Shown in pieces: positions 37,943 to 48,101 of a DNA stretch of 64,000 nucleotides; position 1 is the stretch's first letter; each line of letters begins with the position of its first letter. The stretch is from Promethearchaeota archaeon. GTDB taxonomy: Archaea > Asgardarchaeota > Lokiarchaeia > Sigyniarchaeales > SOKP01. Below the pieces are notes generated by a model. It saw only the letters and a list, made by a program, of their open reading frames with translations. It did no database searches and was not told the origin of the DNA. The stretch lies in contig JAUVNS010000010.1 in the NCBI GenBank assembly GCA_030599585.1, forward strand, positions 32,001 through 96,000. The letters are read 5' to 3'. The translations under genes and the position numbers were made by a program.

Positions 37943-38983
37943 TTATAATTTTATGACCTTTCCCCACTTATCAAGAAGAATCGCGATAATAGACATTACG
38001 ATTACCATTAGTATGAAAATTAATATATCCATATCCAAACCAATCACATCACTTAGTAAAAACTCTAAGACGATCGCTATCACATAAATTATAAATGGTG
38101 ATTTTCCATAACTATCTAAAATGAATATCGGCTTCTGAACTTTTTTGTCAATGCCTATGAAAATAAACGACAACAGAATCGAGGCTCCTAAACTGATTGA
38201 TATATATGTTAAGGTTACCTGACGCTTATTTGGATACCATCCAGGAACCAACCAAAGTAACAAACCTCCTAATAAAGCTATAGCGCCAACAATCGCGTAA
38301 ATTTGATATTTCTTTTTATCGGTATATTCTTTGTTTAGTAGCATTACTTCGCCTAAGCAGGTTGCGTAAATCATTATAACGGAAAAACTAAAAATCGTCC
38401 CAAAAATACCACCGTGGATAGATATAATCGCATATTCTCGCCAACCTCCAAAGAGAAGCATTAATTGATAGAATACCAGCAGAGTTGTTGCTACGATTGC
38501 GCGGAGCTTAGGTTTTAACCATAGGAATGGTATAGTCATCAATCCTACTAGTCCGAGAGTAGGTAAAACATCCCAAATGATAACGGGAACTTCCCCTACC
38601 ATCGTTATTATTTCACCGTGGTCAATGAAAATCACTAAAAAACCGAGAAGAAAAATTATCCCATAACGAATAACCATGTGCCTAACCGCCTTAGTTACTC
38701 CATCTCTTACTTTTCTATGTGAAAAAGACAAGGGCATGAGTAATCCCATTATAAAAATAAAAGCAGGAGCGCCGATATCGTAAAAATTCATATATTCGAC
38801 TATAGTTTGATTTGGTGGGTGTGCAAGAAAGAATCGGGCGATTTCAGACCCTTCCCTAAACATTGTAGGAAGAAATTCTGTAATAACAAGTAAAACCATT
38901 ATAAAACCTCTTGCATGATCGATCCAGTAATATCGTTCCCGTTGCGATTGAGTTTCTTTAATGTCTAGTTTCTCATCACTCAC
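37943..38983 (-). CDS. HGSNAT/DUF1624-like multipass membrane acyltransferase
   Basis: RYYWIDHARG, DIGAPAFIFIMG, about 10 hydrophobic segments. Confidence 0.75.
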   Translation of the reverse strand: MSDEKLDIKETQSQRERYYWIDHARGFIMVLLVITEFLPTMFREGSEIARFFLAHPPNQTIVEYMNFYDIGAPAFIFIMGLLMPLSFSHRKVRDGVTKAVRHMVIRYGIIFLLGFLVIFIDHGEIITMVGEVPVIIWDVLPTLGLVGLMTIPFLWLKPKLRAIVATTLLVFYQLMLLFGGWREYAIISIHGGIFGTIFSFSVIMIYATCLGEVMLLNKEYTDKKKYQIYAIVGAIALLGGLLLWLVPGWYPNKRQVTLTYISISLGASILLSFIFIGIDKKVQKPIFILDSYGKSPFIIYVIAIVLEFLLSDVIGLDMDILIFILMVIVMSIIAILLDKWGKVIKL

Positions 38984-39194
38984 ATTTGATCAACTTTTTT
39001 CATTAAATCGTTTAAGATTTGATATTATTAAGTATTTTAATTGATATTTATGGTTTCATTTTATTTAAGTGTAAAAATTTTAGCTATTTTTGCATGATGA
39101 AAATCCTTTTTTAAAAATAAAAAATATTAGTAAACATTCATTTAGTTATTTTATATTTAAAAAATAAGCAGCGTGGATAATTGAGGTTATAAGA

Positions 39195-40190
39195 ATGAAT
39201 GATTTTGAAAGAATGACAATTTCAGCTCAAAAGGCAATGATTCATGTATTAAATTTGAAAAAAGAAGATGTTGTATTAGTCGTAACTGACGAACATACCA
39301 AAAGAGAAGGTGAAGCTTTTTTCACTGCAGCAATTGAGTACGGATGTAAGGCATATTTATATTTTTTACTCGAAAATAACCGTCCCTTAGCGGAAATACC
39401 CCCCGAATTAAGTTCGCTAGTTGGAGGAAAAACTGTAGTTATTAATGCATTTAAGGGATTGAGTGAAGAAACTCCTTTTCGAGTTAAATGGTTAGACCAT
39501 GTTCTTGATACTAAATCAATTAGAGTAGGTCATTGTCCAGGGATTACTAAATCGATGATGATTGAAGGTCCTATGAACATAGATTATAAAAAAATGGTAG
39601 GTGTAGCAAATAAGATGATAAACAGTTTTAAAAACGCTAAAGAAGTGCATATAACAGCACCGGGAGGAACCGATATTATTTTGTGTATAGAAGATCGTGG
39701 ATTTTCAACTGATGTTCAACTTATTAACAATGATCATATTGCTAATTTACCATGCGGCGAAATATGGTGTGGCCCAGTCGAAACTATGGGCGATGGTTTA
39801 ATAGTGTGTGATGGCTCCATTGGAGATATAGGTAATGTAAGTAAACCATTGAAGATTTTTGTAGAAAAAGGTAAAATTATCAATATTGAAAGTGATGATC
39901 AAAAATTAGTAAAAGCTATTGAAAAACTAATAAATGTGGATGAAGAAGCTAAAATCATTGGAGAGTTAGGAATAGGTTTCAATCCTGGTGCCAAATTAAC
40001 TGGAAATTTGCTCGAGGATGAAAAAGCCCTTCAAACAGCTCATATTGCTTTTGGAAACAATGAAGATATGGATGGAGGACAGAACAAGTCAAAAACCCAT
40101 AGAGATTTCTTATTCCATAAACCAACAATGAAAGTTACTTTCAAGGATGATTCATCTCAGACTTTAATGAAAGAAGGTGAAATCCTTTAA
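39195..40190 (+). CDS. M29-family aminopeptidase
   Basis: NLPCGE, GELGIG, EDEK, HIAFGNN, HRD. Confidence 0.88.
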   Translation: MNDFERMTISAQKAMIHVLNLKKEDVVLVVTDEHTKREGEAFFTAAIEYGCKAYLYFLLENNRPLAEIPPELSSLVGGKTVVINAFKGLSEETPFRVKWLDHVLDTKSIRVGHCPGITKSMMIEGPMNIDYKKMVGVANKMINSFKNAKEVHITAPGGTDIILCIEDRGFSTDVQLINNDHIANLPCGEIWCGPVETMGDGLIVCDGSIGDIGNVSKPLKIFVEKGKIINIESDDQKLVKAIEKLINVDEEAKIIGELGIGFNPGAKLTGNLLEDEKALQTAHIAFGNNEDMDGGQNKSKTHRDFLFHKPTMKVTFKDDSSQTLMKEGEIL

Positions 40191-40267
40191 TTTCGCTTCC
40201 TTTGAAAACATTATTTTGAAGAAAACTCAAAATAAAAAATATTAACAAACCTACATTTTAATAATTC

Positions 40268-41695
40268 ATGTTAAGACAAGCAATCAAATGGGTAAGAGCG
40301 AATCGAGAATTGTTAATTGATATTAGCGATCAGATTTGGCAATTTGCAGAATTAGGATTAGAAGAGTTTAAATCTTCTAGCATTTTAAAAAAAACTCTTA
40401 ATGAAGCAGGATTTTCGGTATCATCTAATGTTGCCGATATGCCAACTGCTTTTTACGCTGATTATGGTAAAGGTAAACCAGTCATAGGCATATTAGGAGA
40501 ATATGACGCTCTCCCGGGGCTAAGTCAAAAAGCAACGCCTTTTAAAGAGGTACTAACTGAAGGCGCTCCAGGTCATGGATGTGGACATAATCTTTTGGGA
40601 GTAGGTTCGTTAGGAGCAGTATTAGCAGTTAAAGACGCTATTGATTTAGGGAGTATAAGTGGAACTATACGCTATTATGGTTGTCCTGCTGAGGAGACTT
40701 TCAATGCAAAGGGATATATGATACGAGAAGGGTTGTTCGACGATGTAGATATCGCAATGACATGGCATCCCGGAAATTTCAACATGTTAAATCTGATGAG
40801 CTCTTTAGCAATAAACTCGGTAGTTTTTAAATTTCACGGACGTACTGCCCATGCAGCTGGAGATCCTCAAAATGGGAGGAGTGCTTTAGACGCCGTTGAG
40901 TTAATGAATATAGGAGCTAATTTCATGCGAGAACATATGATTTCTGAAGCAAGACTGCATTATGTTATAACCCATGGGGGTGATGTTCCAAATGTAGTGC
41001 CTGCTGAAGCAGAAGTGCATTATTTTGTGCGCGCTCCAGAACGTCATCAAGTTGAAGAATTATACGCTAGACTTATTAACATCGCTAAAGGTGCGACTTT
41101 AATGACAGATACAACTATGGAAATCGATTTTTTAAGTGGCATGTACAACACAATGTATACGAAAGTAGTCGACGATGTCATTTCAAGCGCCATGAAAAAA
41201 GTTGGTACCCCTAGATTTAATAGAGATGATATAACCTTTGCCAATGAACTAAAGAAATCTGTTCCAAAAAATTCACTTGAGGGATACTACAGACTCATAC
41301 CCCCCGATATGTTGGATTTTGCAAAAGCTATTTTAAGTCAACCTCTAAATAAAATAATAGTTCCTCCAATGGGAAAAGGTAAAGTTATGCCTGGATCTAC
41401 GGATGTGGCAGATGTTTCTTGGAAAGTACCTCTTGGAGAATTTGGGACAGCTTGTGAGATTTTGGGATCTCCCGGGCATTCTTGGCAAAATGTAGCCACT
41501 TCGGGGATGAGCATCGGCCACAAAGGGATGTTAACGGCGGCGAAAATATTAGCTGTGTCCGCTCTTGAATTCATGCAAAATCCGAATTTAGTTGAAAATG
41601 CGCGTAAGGAACACAATTTAGCCCATAAGGATAAACCATACAAATCAGCACTTCCTGACGGATTAAAACCGCCTTTCCGTAGGCTTAAAAAATAA
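40268..41695 (+). CDS. abgB: M20 amidohydrolase, AbgB-like (p-aminobenzoyl-glutamate hydrolase subunit B)
   Basis: EYDALPGLSQ, HGCGHN, GCPAEE, WHP, GRSALDAVELMN, GSTDVADVSW, HSWQ. Confidence 0.8.
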   Translation: MLRQAIKWVRANRELLIDISDQIWQFAELGLEEFKSSSILKKTLNEAGFSVSSNVADMPTAFYADYGKGKPVIGILGEYDALPGLSQKATPFKEVLTEGAPGHGCGHNLLGVGSLGAVLAVKDAIDLGSISGTIRYYGCPAEETFNAKGYMIREGLFDDVDIAMTWHPGNFNMLNLMSSLAINSVVFKFHGRTAHAAGDPQNGRSALDAVELMNIGANFMREHMISEARLHYVITHGGDVPNVVPAEAEVHYFVRAPERHQVEELYARLINIAKGATLMTDTTMEIDFLSGMYNTMYTKVVDDVISSAMKKVGTPRFNRDDITFANELKKSVPKNSLEGYYRLIPPDMLDFAKAILSQPLNKIIVPPMGKGKVMPGSTDVADVSWKVPLGEFGTACEILGSPGHSWQNVATSGMSIGHKGMLTAAKILAVSALEFMQNPNLVENARKEHNLAHKDKPYKSALPDGLKPPFRRLKK

Positions 41696-41828
41696 AATTT
41701 TTATATTATTTTAATTAAATTATTTTTTCTACTCTATTTTTCATACATATTTAAACAACAATTGGTCTCTTTAAGAGTTAAATATTCCAACCTACTTCTT
41801 AAATTAAGAAAAATCAAGAAAATATAGA

Positions 41829-42116
41829 GTGATCATGAGTAAAGTAATTAAATGGCAATATCCTGATTTCTTTGAACCAAGAAGAGAGAAGTTAGTAAAT
41901 CTTCTTTTTAGTGAGATTATTTTTTTAAAAAGTCATATGAAGAAATTAACTTTAAATGAAAATACCGGAGGCATTGAAACCGCTTTAGATAAATTAGATT
42001 ACCTACTAAATACGCTAAAAAATAATGACACAGAATTATCTGATAAAGATTTTGATAAAGTAGTACTAATCATCTATCAAATATTCAAAGAGATCGTAAA
42101 CAAATTAGAGTGCTAA
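41829..42116 (+). CDS. hypothetical protein
   Basis: 95-aa ORF filling an intergenic gap, helical character. Confidence 0.55.
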   Translation: MIMSKVIKWQYPDFFEPRREKLVNLLFSEIIFLKSHMKKLTLNENTGGIETALDKLDYLLNTLKNNDTELSDKDFDKVVLIIYQIFKEIVNKLEC

Positions 42117-42154
42117 CTATAATAAAATTAAAAAAATAAAAAGATTAATTTTTT

Positions 42155-43099
42155 CTACATTTTAATTAATGAACCAATAGCTTCCATTAATGATTCTTTC
42201 TTGGGAGCACCCTTCATCAATTCTGATTTAACTCTTTCAGCTAAAATTTGAGCTGTGAAAGGCTTACCACCGTTATCGATTTGATTATAAGTGTGCCAAC
42301 CTTGAAAAGCAAATACTCTGTCTGCTACTACTCGAAATACTTCTCCCGAAATTTTTCTTGCCTTATCTGAAGCAAGGAATACAACCATAGGAGCTACATT
42401 CGCAGGGTCAAACACATCAAACCCAGTTTCATCCAGCTTATTCATAATTTCAACCATTGTAGGAGTTGCATCAGTAGTAAGTCGTGTTCTAGCAACAGGA
42501 ACTATGCAATTAACTGTAGCATATTTTTTTAGTTCCATTGCAGCGATCACTGTAAAAGCTGCTATGCCAGCTTTTGCAGCACCATAATTAGTTTGCCCCA
42601 TATTTCCTAATAATCCCGCATCAGAAGCTGTATTGATTATTCGTCCAAAATTCTTTAATTTAGGATCGTTTTTTCCAGTTTTTCTAAAATAAGCTGCTAC
42701 GTGACGAGTCATATTAAATGTACCTTTTAGGTGTACTCCGATTACACTATCAAATTCCTCTTCAGACATATTAAAGAGCATACGGTCTCTTAGGATACCA
42801 GCATTGTTCACGACAATGTCTAATTTCCCAAATTCGGATACTGCCTGATCGATCATTCCTTTTGCCTTATTAAAATCTGCAACTGAATCGTAGTTACCAA
42901 CTGCTTTAACACCAAGTTTTCTACATTCCTCGACAACAACATCAGCTACTTTAGTTCCTTCACCAGTTCCATCAAAACTTGCACCTAAGTCATTAATAAG
43001 TAAATTGCAGCCTTCTTTTGCCATTGCTAACGCTTCTTCTCTACCTAAACCTCGACCAGCGCCAGTAATAATAGCAACTTTTCCATCTAACATTCCCAT
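42155..43099 (-). CDS. short-chain dehydrogenase/reductase (3-hydroxyacyl-CoA dehydrogenase/MFE-2-like)
   Basis: TGAGRGLG, NNAGILRD, YGAAK. Confidence 0.92.
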   Translation of the reverse strand: MGMLDGKVAIITGAGRGLGREEALAMAKEGCNLLINDLGASFDGTGEGTKVADVVVEECRKLGVKAVGNYDSVADFNKAKGMIDQAVSEFGKLDIVVNNAGILRDRMLFNMSEEEFDSVIGVHLKGTFNMTRHVAAYFRKTGKNDPKLKNFGRIINTASDAGLLGNMGQTNYGAAKAGIAAFTVIAAMELKKYATVNCIVPVARTRLTTDATPTMVEIMNKLDETGFDVFDPANVAPMVVFLASDKARKISGEVFRVVADRVFAFQGWHTYNQIDNGGKPFTAQILAERVKSELMKGAPKKESLMEAIGSLIKM

Positions 43100-43222
43100 A
43101 ATTTTTTCACTTCTTTAAAATTAAGATTGAATTTTAACATGTTTAAATCAATTGCAAAGTTAAAAAATTTTAAGAATTTGATAAAATTTAGTACCTTATA
43201 ATTCGTATTTAATTAAGGGGAA

Positions 43223-43756
43223 ATGAAGAAGCGTCTCATGGAAACTATAACTCACAATCTGATCGCAGTTTTTATTCAAATCCTCTGCTTTTTGTTTTTT
43301 ATATTTCCGTGGAATGTGATCTTTACGATTATATTTGCTTTTTTATCTCATATAATTTTTGACGCCTTATCGTTTATTACTTACCACACTCCTAATTCCA
43401 TGAAAGATGATAAATTTTGGCTCGTATGGCATTTTATAATCTACACTCTTTCGTTGTTTTCGATTGTTCTTTTTGTAATTCCCTATTGGATAAGTCTCTT
43501 ATTCGCGAACATTATAGATTTGTGGGATTGGTTTACCTTACGACCTATACAAAAAAAAATTAAACGCAAAAACCCTGATTCTAAATGGGGAGATAAATAT
43601 TATATGCATCAAATTGTTGATTGGGTAAGAGTGAAACTGTTTTATTGGCTTCCTAAACGAATTTATAAAAAATCAGGAATATTGATTGAAATTTCCATTA
43701 TAATTCTTTTTGCTATACTTTTAGGTTTGCTAAATGTTTCGTTGTTTATCGACTAA
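43223..43756 (+). CDS. membrane protein with several His residues
   Basis: Hydrophobic segments; THN, SHIIFD, YHT. Confidence 0.65.
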   Translation: MKKRLMETITHNLIAVFIQILCFLFFIFPWNVIFTIIFAFLSHIIFDALSFITYHTPNSMKDDKFWLVWHFIIYTLSLFSIVLFVIPYWISLLFANIIDLWDWFTLRPIQKKIKRKNPDSKWGDKYYMHQIVDWVRVKLFYWLPKRIYKKSGILIEISIIILFAILLGLLNVSLFID

Positions 43757-44153
43757 AAATTCGCTCAATTTCCTTAAAATCCTTGAAGTATAAAAGATGA
43801 CTAGAACAGAAACAATCTGAGGAGCCAAAACCTTTGATGTAATTATCACAAACCGATAAAATCTCTCCAGCTATAACGCATTCCAACCGAATCAAAGATG
43901 GAATTAAATATATTTTAATTATTTTGGATATTTCGCTTGCTAAGAAGTAATCTATATGCCAGAACAATTTCTTATAATGGGCCTCCGAGACATGTCTCTT
44001 AACTCTATTTTCTAACGAAGTAGAGCTATTATATCCCATAGCAGAGCCAACATATAAGTAATATCCCTTAGGGAAGGGCAACATGCCCATTGATCCTATT
44101 TGAATTCTCGTCTCTTTCGGGATAAAGATGAAGAGAATATAACTCCCTTTCAT
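43746..44153 (-). CDS. DUF123 / GIY-YIG (Uri) family nuclease
   Basis: KGSY, GYYLYVGSA, RVKRH, WHIDY, GFGSSDCxCxSHL. Confidence 0.88.
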   Translation of the reverse strand: MKGSYILFIFIPKETRIQIGSMGMLPFPKGYYLYVGSAMGYNSSTSLENRVKRHVSEAHYKKLFWHIDYFLASEISKIIKIYLIPSLIRLECVIAGEILSVCDNYIKGFGSSDCFCSSHLLYFKDFKEIERIFSR

Positions 44154-44327
44154 CTATTTACAAGCTTTTTTATGATCGCGATAACAACCGTCACAGAAAC
44201 TTTCGTCACAATTATCGCAAATATTAGCACAATTATCGCAAATTTCATTACTGCATTCGAAGCACTCATATATACGATTGTTAGGATTTTCCCCGCAGTT
44301 ATCACAAATGATTTCTTTATTTGACAT
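44154..44327 (-). CDS. 57-aa cysteine-rich metal-binding microprotein (absent from the ORF track)
   Basis: Manual translation MSNKEIICDNCGENPNNRIYECFECSNEICDNCANICDNCDESFCDGCYRDHKKACK; stop abuts the DUF123 ATG. Confidence 0.8.
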   Translation of the reverse strand: MSNKEIICDNCGENPNNRIYECFECSNEICDNCANICDNCDESFCDGCYRDHKKACK

Positions 44328-44571
44328 TATAATTATAACTCCACATATATCTAAAGTATTTATATTAGAGGATGTATTTTAAAAAAATGCTCTATTACCT
44401 CTTAAATAACCTGAATATTCTTTACTCTGTGCATATTGTCCACTAAGAAATCAAGAGTCCATTCATAGTTTTACTTTCCATTCATACTACAATTTCAAAA
44501 ACTAAATATGAACAGTTAACCCAATAAATATTAGCTAAAACCCGAAGAAACATGGGGGGAGGCGGCGAAAT

Positions 44572-44799
44572 TTGATAGAAAATAAGAGTATAATAATTTA
44601 TGAGTTGGAAAAACCATTAGCAGAAGTTTTAAAGGATCAGCTTAAAGAACCATCTAAAATAGATTCAGTAATAATTCCTTTCGCATTAATAGAATCGAAT
44701 CGCGTAGAGAGGGCGCGATTACTTAAGAAATGGAAAAAATCTGACGGTTATTTTTATTTAAAGCCACAAAAATTTGAATTTAGTTTAAAAAATTTATAA
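44572..44799 (+). CDS. hypothetical protein
   Basis: SD GGAGG upstream of TTG. Confidence 0.55.
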   Translation: MIENKSIIIYELEKPLAEVLKDQLKEPSKIDSVIIPFALIESNRVERARLLKKWKKSDGYFYLKPQKFEFSLKNL

Positions 44800-44830
44800 A
44801 AAATTAATAAAATGGAGGTGAAAAAAGAAA

Positions 44831-45076
44831 ATGGAGCAAGTACTTTTAAGAAAGAACGAACCAGAATTAAAACTTGAAGTAATAATCTTAGAGGATGTTC
44901 CTGTTAAACTAGAATTGAGTGAAGAAGCAAAACCACAGGAGAAACAGAAAAAAATAAAAAAATCATTATTTAAATTAATGAAGAAGAGTAAGCATAACGC
45001 AAAATATCTGGAAACATTAGTTTCCCCAGATGCAGCGAAGAGAAATGTTAACTACAGGAATTATGGATACTTCTAA
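44831..45076 (+). CDS. hypothetical protein
   Basis: SD GGAGGTG upstream of ATG. Confidence 0.6.
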   Translation: MEQVLLRKNEPELKLEVIILEDVPVKLELSEEAKPQEKQKKIKKSLFKLMKKSKHNAKYLETLVSPDAAKRNVNYRNYGYF

Positions 45077-45136
45077 TTTTTTTTTTTATATTTTTATCAA
45101 CATCTTATCGATATAAGATGACCTGTTAGAGTTAAT

Positions 45137-45988
45137 TTAGTAATTATAAAAGCCTTTTTTAGTTTTTCGACCGATAGAGTTATTCTTTACCATTTTTCTT
45201 AAGAGTGAACTAGGATTATAGTTTTCCCCTAATTTTTCTGTGAGATATTCTCCAATGTGAAGATAAATGTCATTACCTACTAGATCAGAGAGTTCTAGTG
45301 GACCCATTGGAAAATTAAATGCTAATTTAACCGCAGTATCTATATCTTCTGTGCTTGCTATTCCTTCCTGCTTCATATTTATTGCTTCATTACATAGTAC
45401 GTAAATTAGTCTAGTGGTTATAAAACCTGGAGAGTCGTTGACAGTTACAACAGTTTTATTTAGACTTTGGGCAAAATTTTTAGATGCTTCGAGAATTTCA
45501 TCAGAAGTATTTTTACCTTTTATTAACTCTATTAATTTCATTACTGGAGCAGGATTAAAAAAATGAATTCCAACGATTCTTTCTTGATTGGTTGCTTTTT
45601 TTGCCATATCTGTAATACTTAGAGAAGAGGTATTAGAAGCAAGAATGACATTCTTATGACATTTTTTGTCTAAATCATAGAGTAAATCCTGTTTTAAAGC
45701 CATATCTTCAAATACGGCCTCGATAACAATTTGAACGTCTTTTATCACATCATCTCTATTAGTGGCTAGATGTATTCTACTTAGAATCTCCTTAGCTTCT
45801 TCATCTGATAATTTACCTTTTGTTACAAAGAATCTATTCAAGTTCTTATCAATGCTAACTTTCGCCTTTTTCAATATTTCTTCAGTTACATCAACTAAAT
45901 ATACATGGTATCCATGGGTCGATGCTAATTGTGCGATTCCTGAACCCATGGTTCCAGCACCTATTACACATACTTTTTCAATGTCCAT
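45137..45988 (-). CDS. 3-hydroxyacyl-CoA dehydrogenase
   Basis: GAGTMGSGIA, EAVFED, SNTSSLS, HFFNP, PMGPLEL. Confidence 0.93.
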   Translation of the reverse strand: MDIEKVCVIGAGTMGSGIAQLASTHGYHVYLVDVTEEILKKAKVSIDKNLNRFFVTKGKLSDEEAKEILSRIHLATNRDDVIKDVQIVIEAVFEDMALKQDLLYDLDKKCHKNVILASNTSSLSITDMAKKATNQERIVGIHFFNPAPVMKLIELIKGKNTSDEILEASKNFAQSLNKTVVTVNDSPGFITTRLIYVLCNEAINMKQEGIASTEDIDTAVKLAFNFPMGPLELSDLVGNDIYLHIGEYLTEKLGENYNPSSLLRKMVKNNSIGRKTKKGFYNY

Positions 45989-45995
45989 ATCTCTC

Positions 45996-46787
45996 TCACT
46001 TCTTCCTAAATTTCATAAAATCTGCTTTACGCTTTTCAATAAACGCGTTTTTACCTTCCACCGCCTCTTCAGTGCCATAGTAAAGTGATAATCCCCCAAC
46101 ACCTAATTGTGTGATACCGTGAGTTCCATCTGTCTCTGCTAGAAAAGCAAATTTCAGCATCTTCAACGCTGTTGGACTTTTTTCTAATATTTCTTGACAC
46201 CATTTCTCTATTTCTTCGTCTAGTTTTTCAAGGGGTACAACAGCATTTACCAAACCCATATCTAACGCTTGTTGTGCGGTATATCTACGACAAAGAAACC
46301 ATATTTCTTTCGCTCGTTTTATTCCAACAGCACGCATTAAATCGCCCGTACCATAACCAGGATCAAATGAGCCAACCCGCGGACCCGCTTGTCCAAGTTG
46401 AGCGTGTTCTGCTGCAATACTGAGATCACTTGCAACATGCCATACATGTCCACCCCCAATTGCGTATCCATTTACACGGGCGATAACAGGTTTGGGAAGG
46501 GTGCGAATTAAACGAGTAACATGCTGCCAGCCAACCTCTAATGGTAACATGTAACCTCCCTTATAGCCTCCCTTCTCACGAGTTGTTTGGTCACCACCAG
46601 CACAAAAAGCTTTTTCTCCAGCACCAGTGAATACAACAACTCCGATTTCATTATCCATGCACCGATTAAATGCGTCGATCAATTCGTGGACTGTCTGTTG
46701 TGTACACGCATTGTAGCGTTGAGGTCGGTTTATTGTTATACGAGCTATACCACTTTTCTTTTCAAATATTATATCTTCATAATCCAC
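45996..46787 (-). CDS. MenB/BadI-type crotonase (naphthoate synthase or 2-ketocyclohexanecarboxyl-CoA hydrolase)
   Basis: FCAGGDQ, GQAGPRVGSFDPGYG, AKEIWFLCRRY, EGKNAF. Confidence 0.85.
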   Translation of the reverse strand: MDYEDIIFEKKSGIARITINRPQRYNACTQQTVHELIDAFNRCMDNEIGVVVFTGAGEKAFCAGGDQTTREKGGYKGGYMLPLEVGWQHVTRLIRTLPKPVIARVNGYAIGGGHVWHVASDLSIAAEHAQLGQAGPRVGSFDPGYGTGDLMRAVGIKRAKEIWFLCRRYTAQQALDMGLVNAVVPLEKLDEEIEKWCQEILEKSPTALKMLKFAFLAETDGTHGITQLGVGGLSLYYGTEEAVEGKNAFIEKRKADFMKFRKK

Positions 46788-46816
46788 TATCTCTCATCTC
46801 CACATAAATTAATTTT

Positions 46817-47890
46817 CTATTTATTATTAAAATTTGACTTTAATATTAATTTTGTTCTCTCATTAAGAGACATCATTGGTTCATGTGCATATCCTATCTC
46901 CTTTTGGTACCAATAATATGTTGTTGCATAATCGATCCATCCACGGTTTTTTGAGTCTAGCCGTGAAATCCTCTTTAAAAAGATCTTCTTATCAGTATAA
47001 TCATTAGCCCAATTTACTCGTAGATCAAAACTTTTATTAAATCCGATCGAATTATTACCTCGGAAACGGTATATACTTACCATAGTTGGTTTTCCTGGTT
47101 GGACAAAATTCATCCCATTATACAACCCCTCGAACACTTTCTGAAAACCCCAACTAAAACCAAAAGCATCTTCTGTACCTAAATAATCCACTCGTGGCTT
47201 TTCTTCCCCATCAATCCTAATTTCATTATTACCTTCCATAACATAATAGAATCCTTTAAACATTGGTTCATCCGTGCTAATACTGCATGATTGCCCAATT
47301 AGATGCCCTTTCCCGTCTATGTGAATGAACTGTTGATTGGTATCACTTTTTAATTGAAAGGGGAATCTTTTCCAAGTTGCGTGAAAGTAACCAAGATCAT
47401 TATTCCAAGAGTCTAATTTTTCAAATTCAACAATACTATAATTCATCAGATCGTATTTAGTTTCATTCGTGAGAATAATTCTAACAGACTTTTCAAAGGG
47501 CATGGGTATAAAACAATTATACGACATGGGTGCCTTTTCGATAAAAAGGCTGGTGAAATCATTTGCTTTGCCTAAACAGCCGTCTGCGAAAAAATCTCCT
47601 ATTGGAACTCTTACTGAAGGAATAGGATTATCGTTGAAATAAATTTCAAGAATTAATCCTCTAACGCTTAATGCTCTTTGTTGGTTTGGAGGTATTTCCT
47701 GATCTTGCACAAGATGTTGAGTTGAGTGAAAATTAGTTATAACTGCCGGCCCCTTTATTTCTGCAATTGTCATGGATTTATGCGCATCTAAGGATTCAAG
47801 TTCAGGATAAGAATCATATTTCCATCCTGCCTTAGTTGCTCCAAAATTATATTCCCTTTTTATTTTGGAAATCTCTCTCCAATCTAACAT
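46817..47890 (-). CDS. DUF2961 (GH172-like) protein
   Basis: PIGDFF, NCFIPMPF, YFHA, MEGN, GTEDAF. Confidence 0.8.
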   Translation of the reverse strand: MLDWREISKIKREYNFGATKAGWKYDSYPELESLDAHKSMTIAEIKGPAVITNFHSTQHLVQDQEIPPNQQRALSVRGLILEIYFNDNPIPSVRVPIGDFFADGCLGKANDFTSLFIEKAPMSYNCFIPMPFEKSVRIILTNETKYDLMNYSIVEFEKLDSWNNDLGYFHATWKRFPFQLKSDTNQQFIHIDGKGHLIGQSCSISTDEPMFKGFYYVMEGNNEIRIDGEEKPRVDYLGTEDAFGFSWGFQKVFEGLYNGMNFVQPGKPTMVSIYRFRGNNSIGFNKSFDLRVNWANDYTDKKIFLKRISRLDSKNRGWIDYATTYYWYQKEIGYAHEPMMSLNERTKLILKSNFNNK

Positions 47891-48101
47891 TTTTAAACCT
47901 TTTTCATATTATTTTAATGGGTACTTAAGAATTCTTTATTTTTTATTTCTTATGGTCATTCTACCAATTTTGGTAATTCCTTATTACGAGGTAGTTAGTA
48001 GTTAGAAACCAGAATGCTAAGGTTGAGTAATATTATTATTTTCAGATCGTGAAACTTCTGTTTCACGAAAATTCTATCTACCTATTGAATATAATTTATG
48101 C

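Noticed and set aside
44100-44324. 74-aa + strand ORF
   Set aside because: Shadow of the Cys-rich minus-strand microprotein and of DUF123
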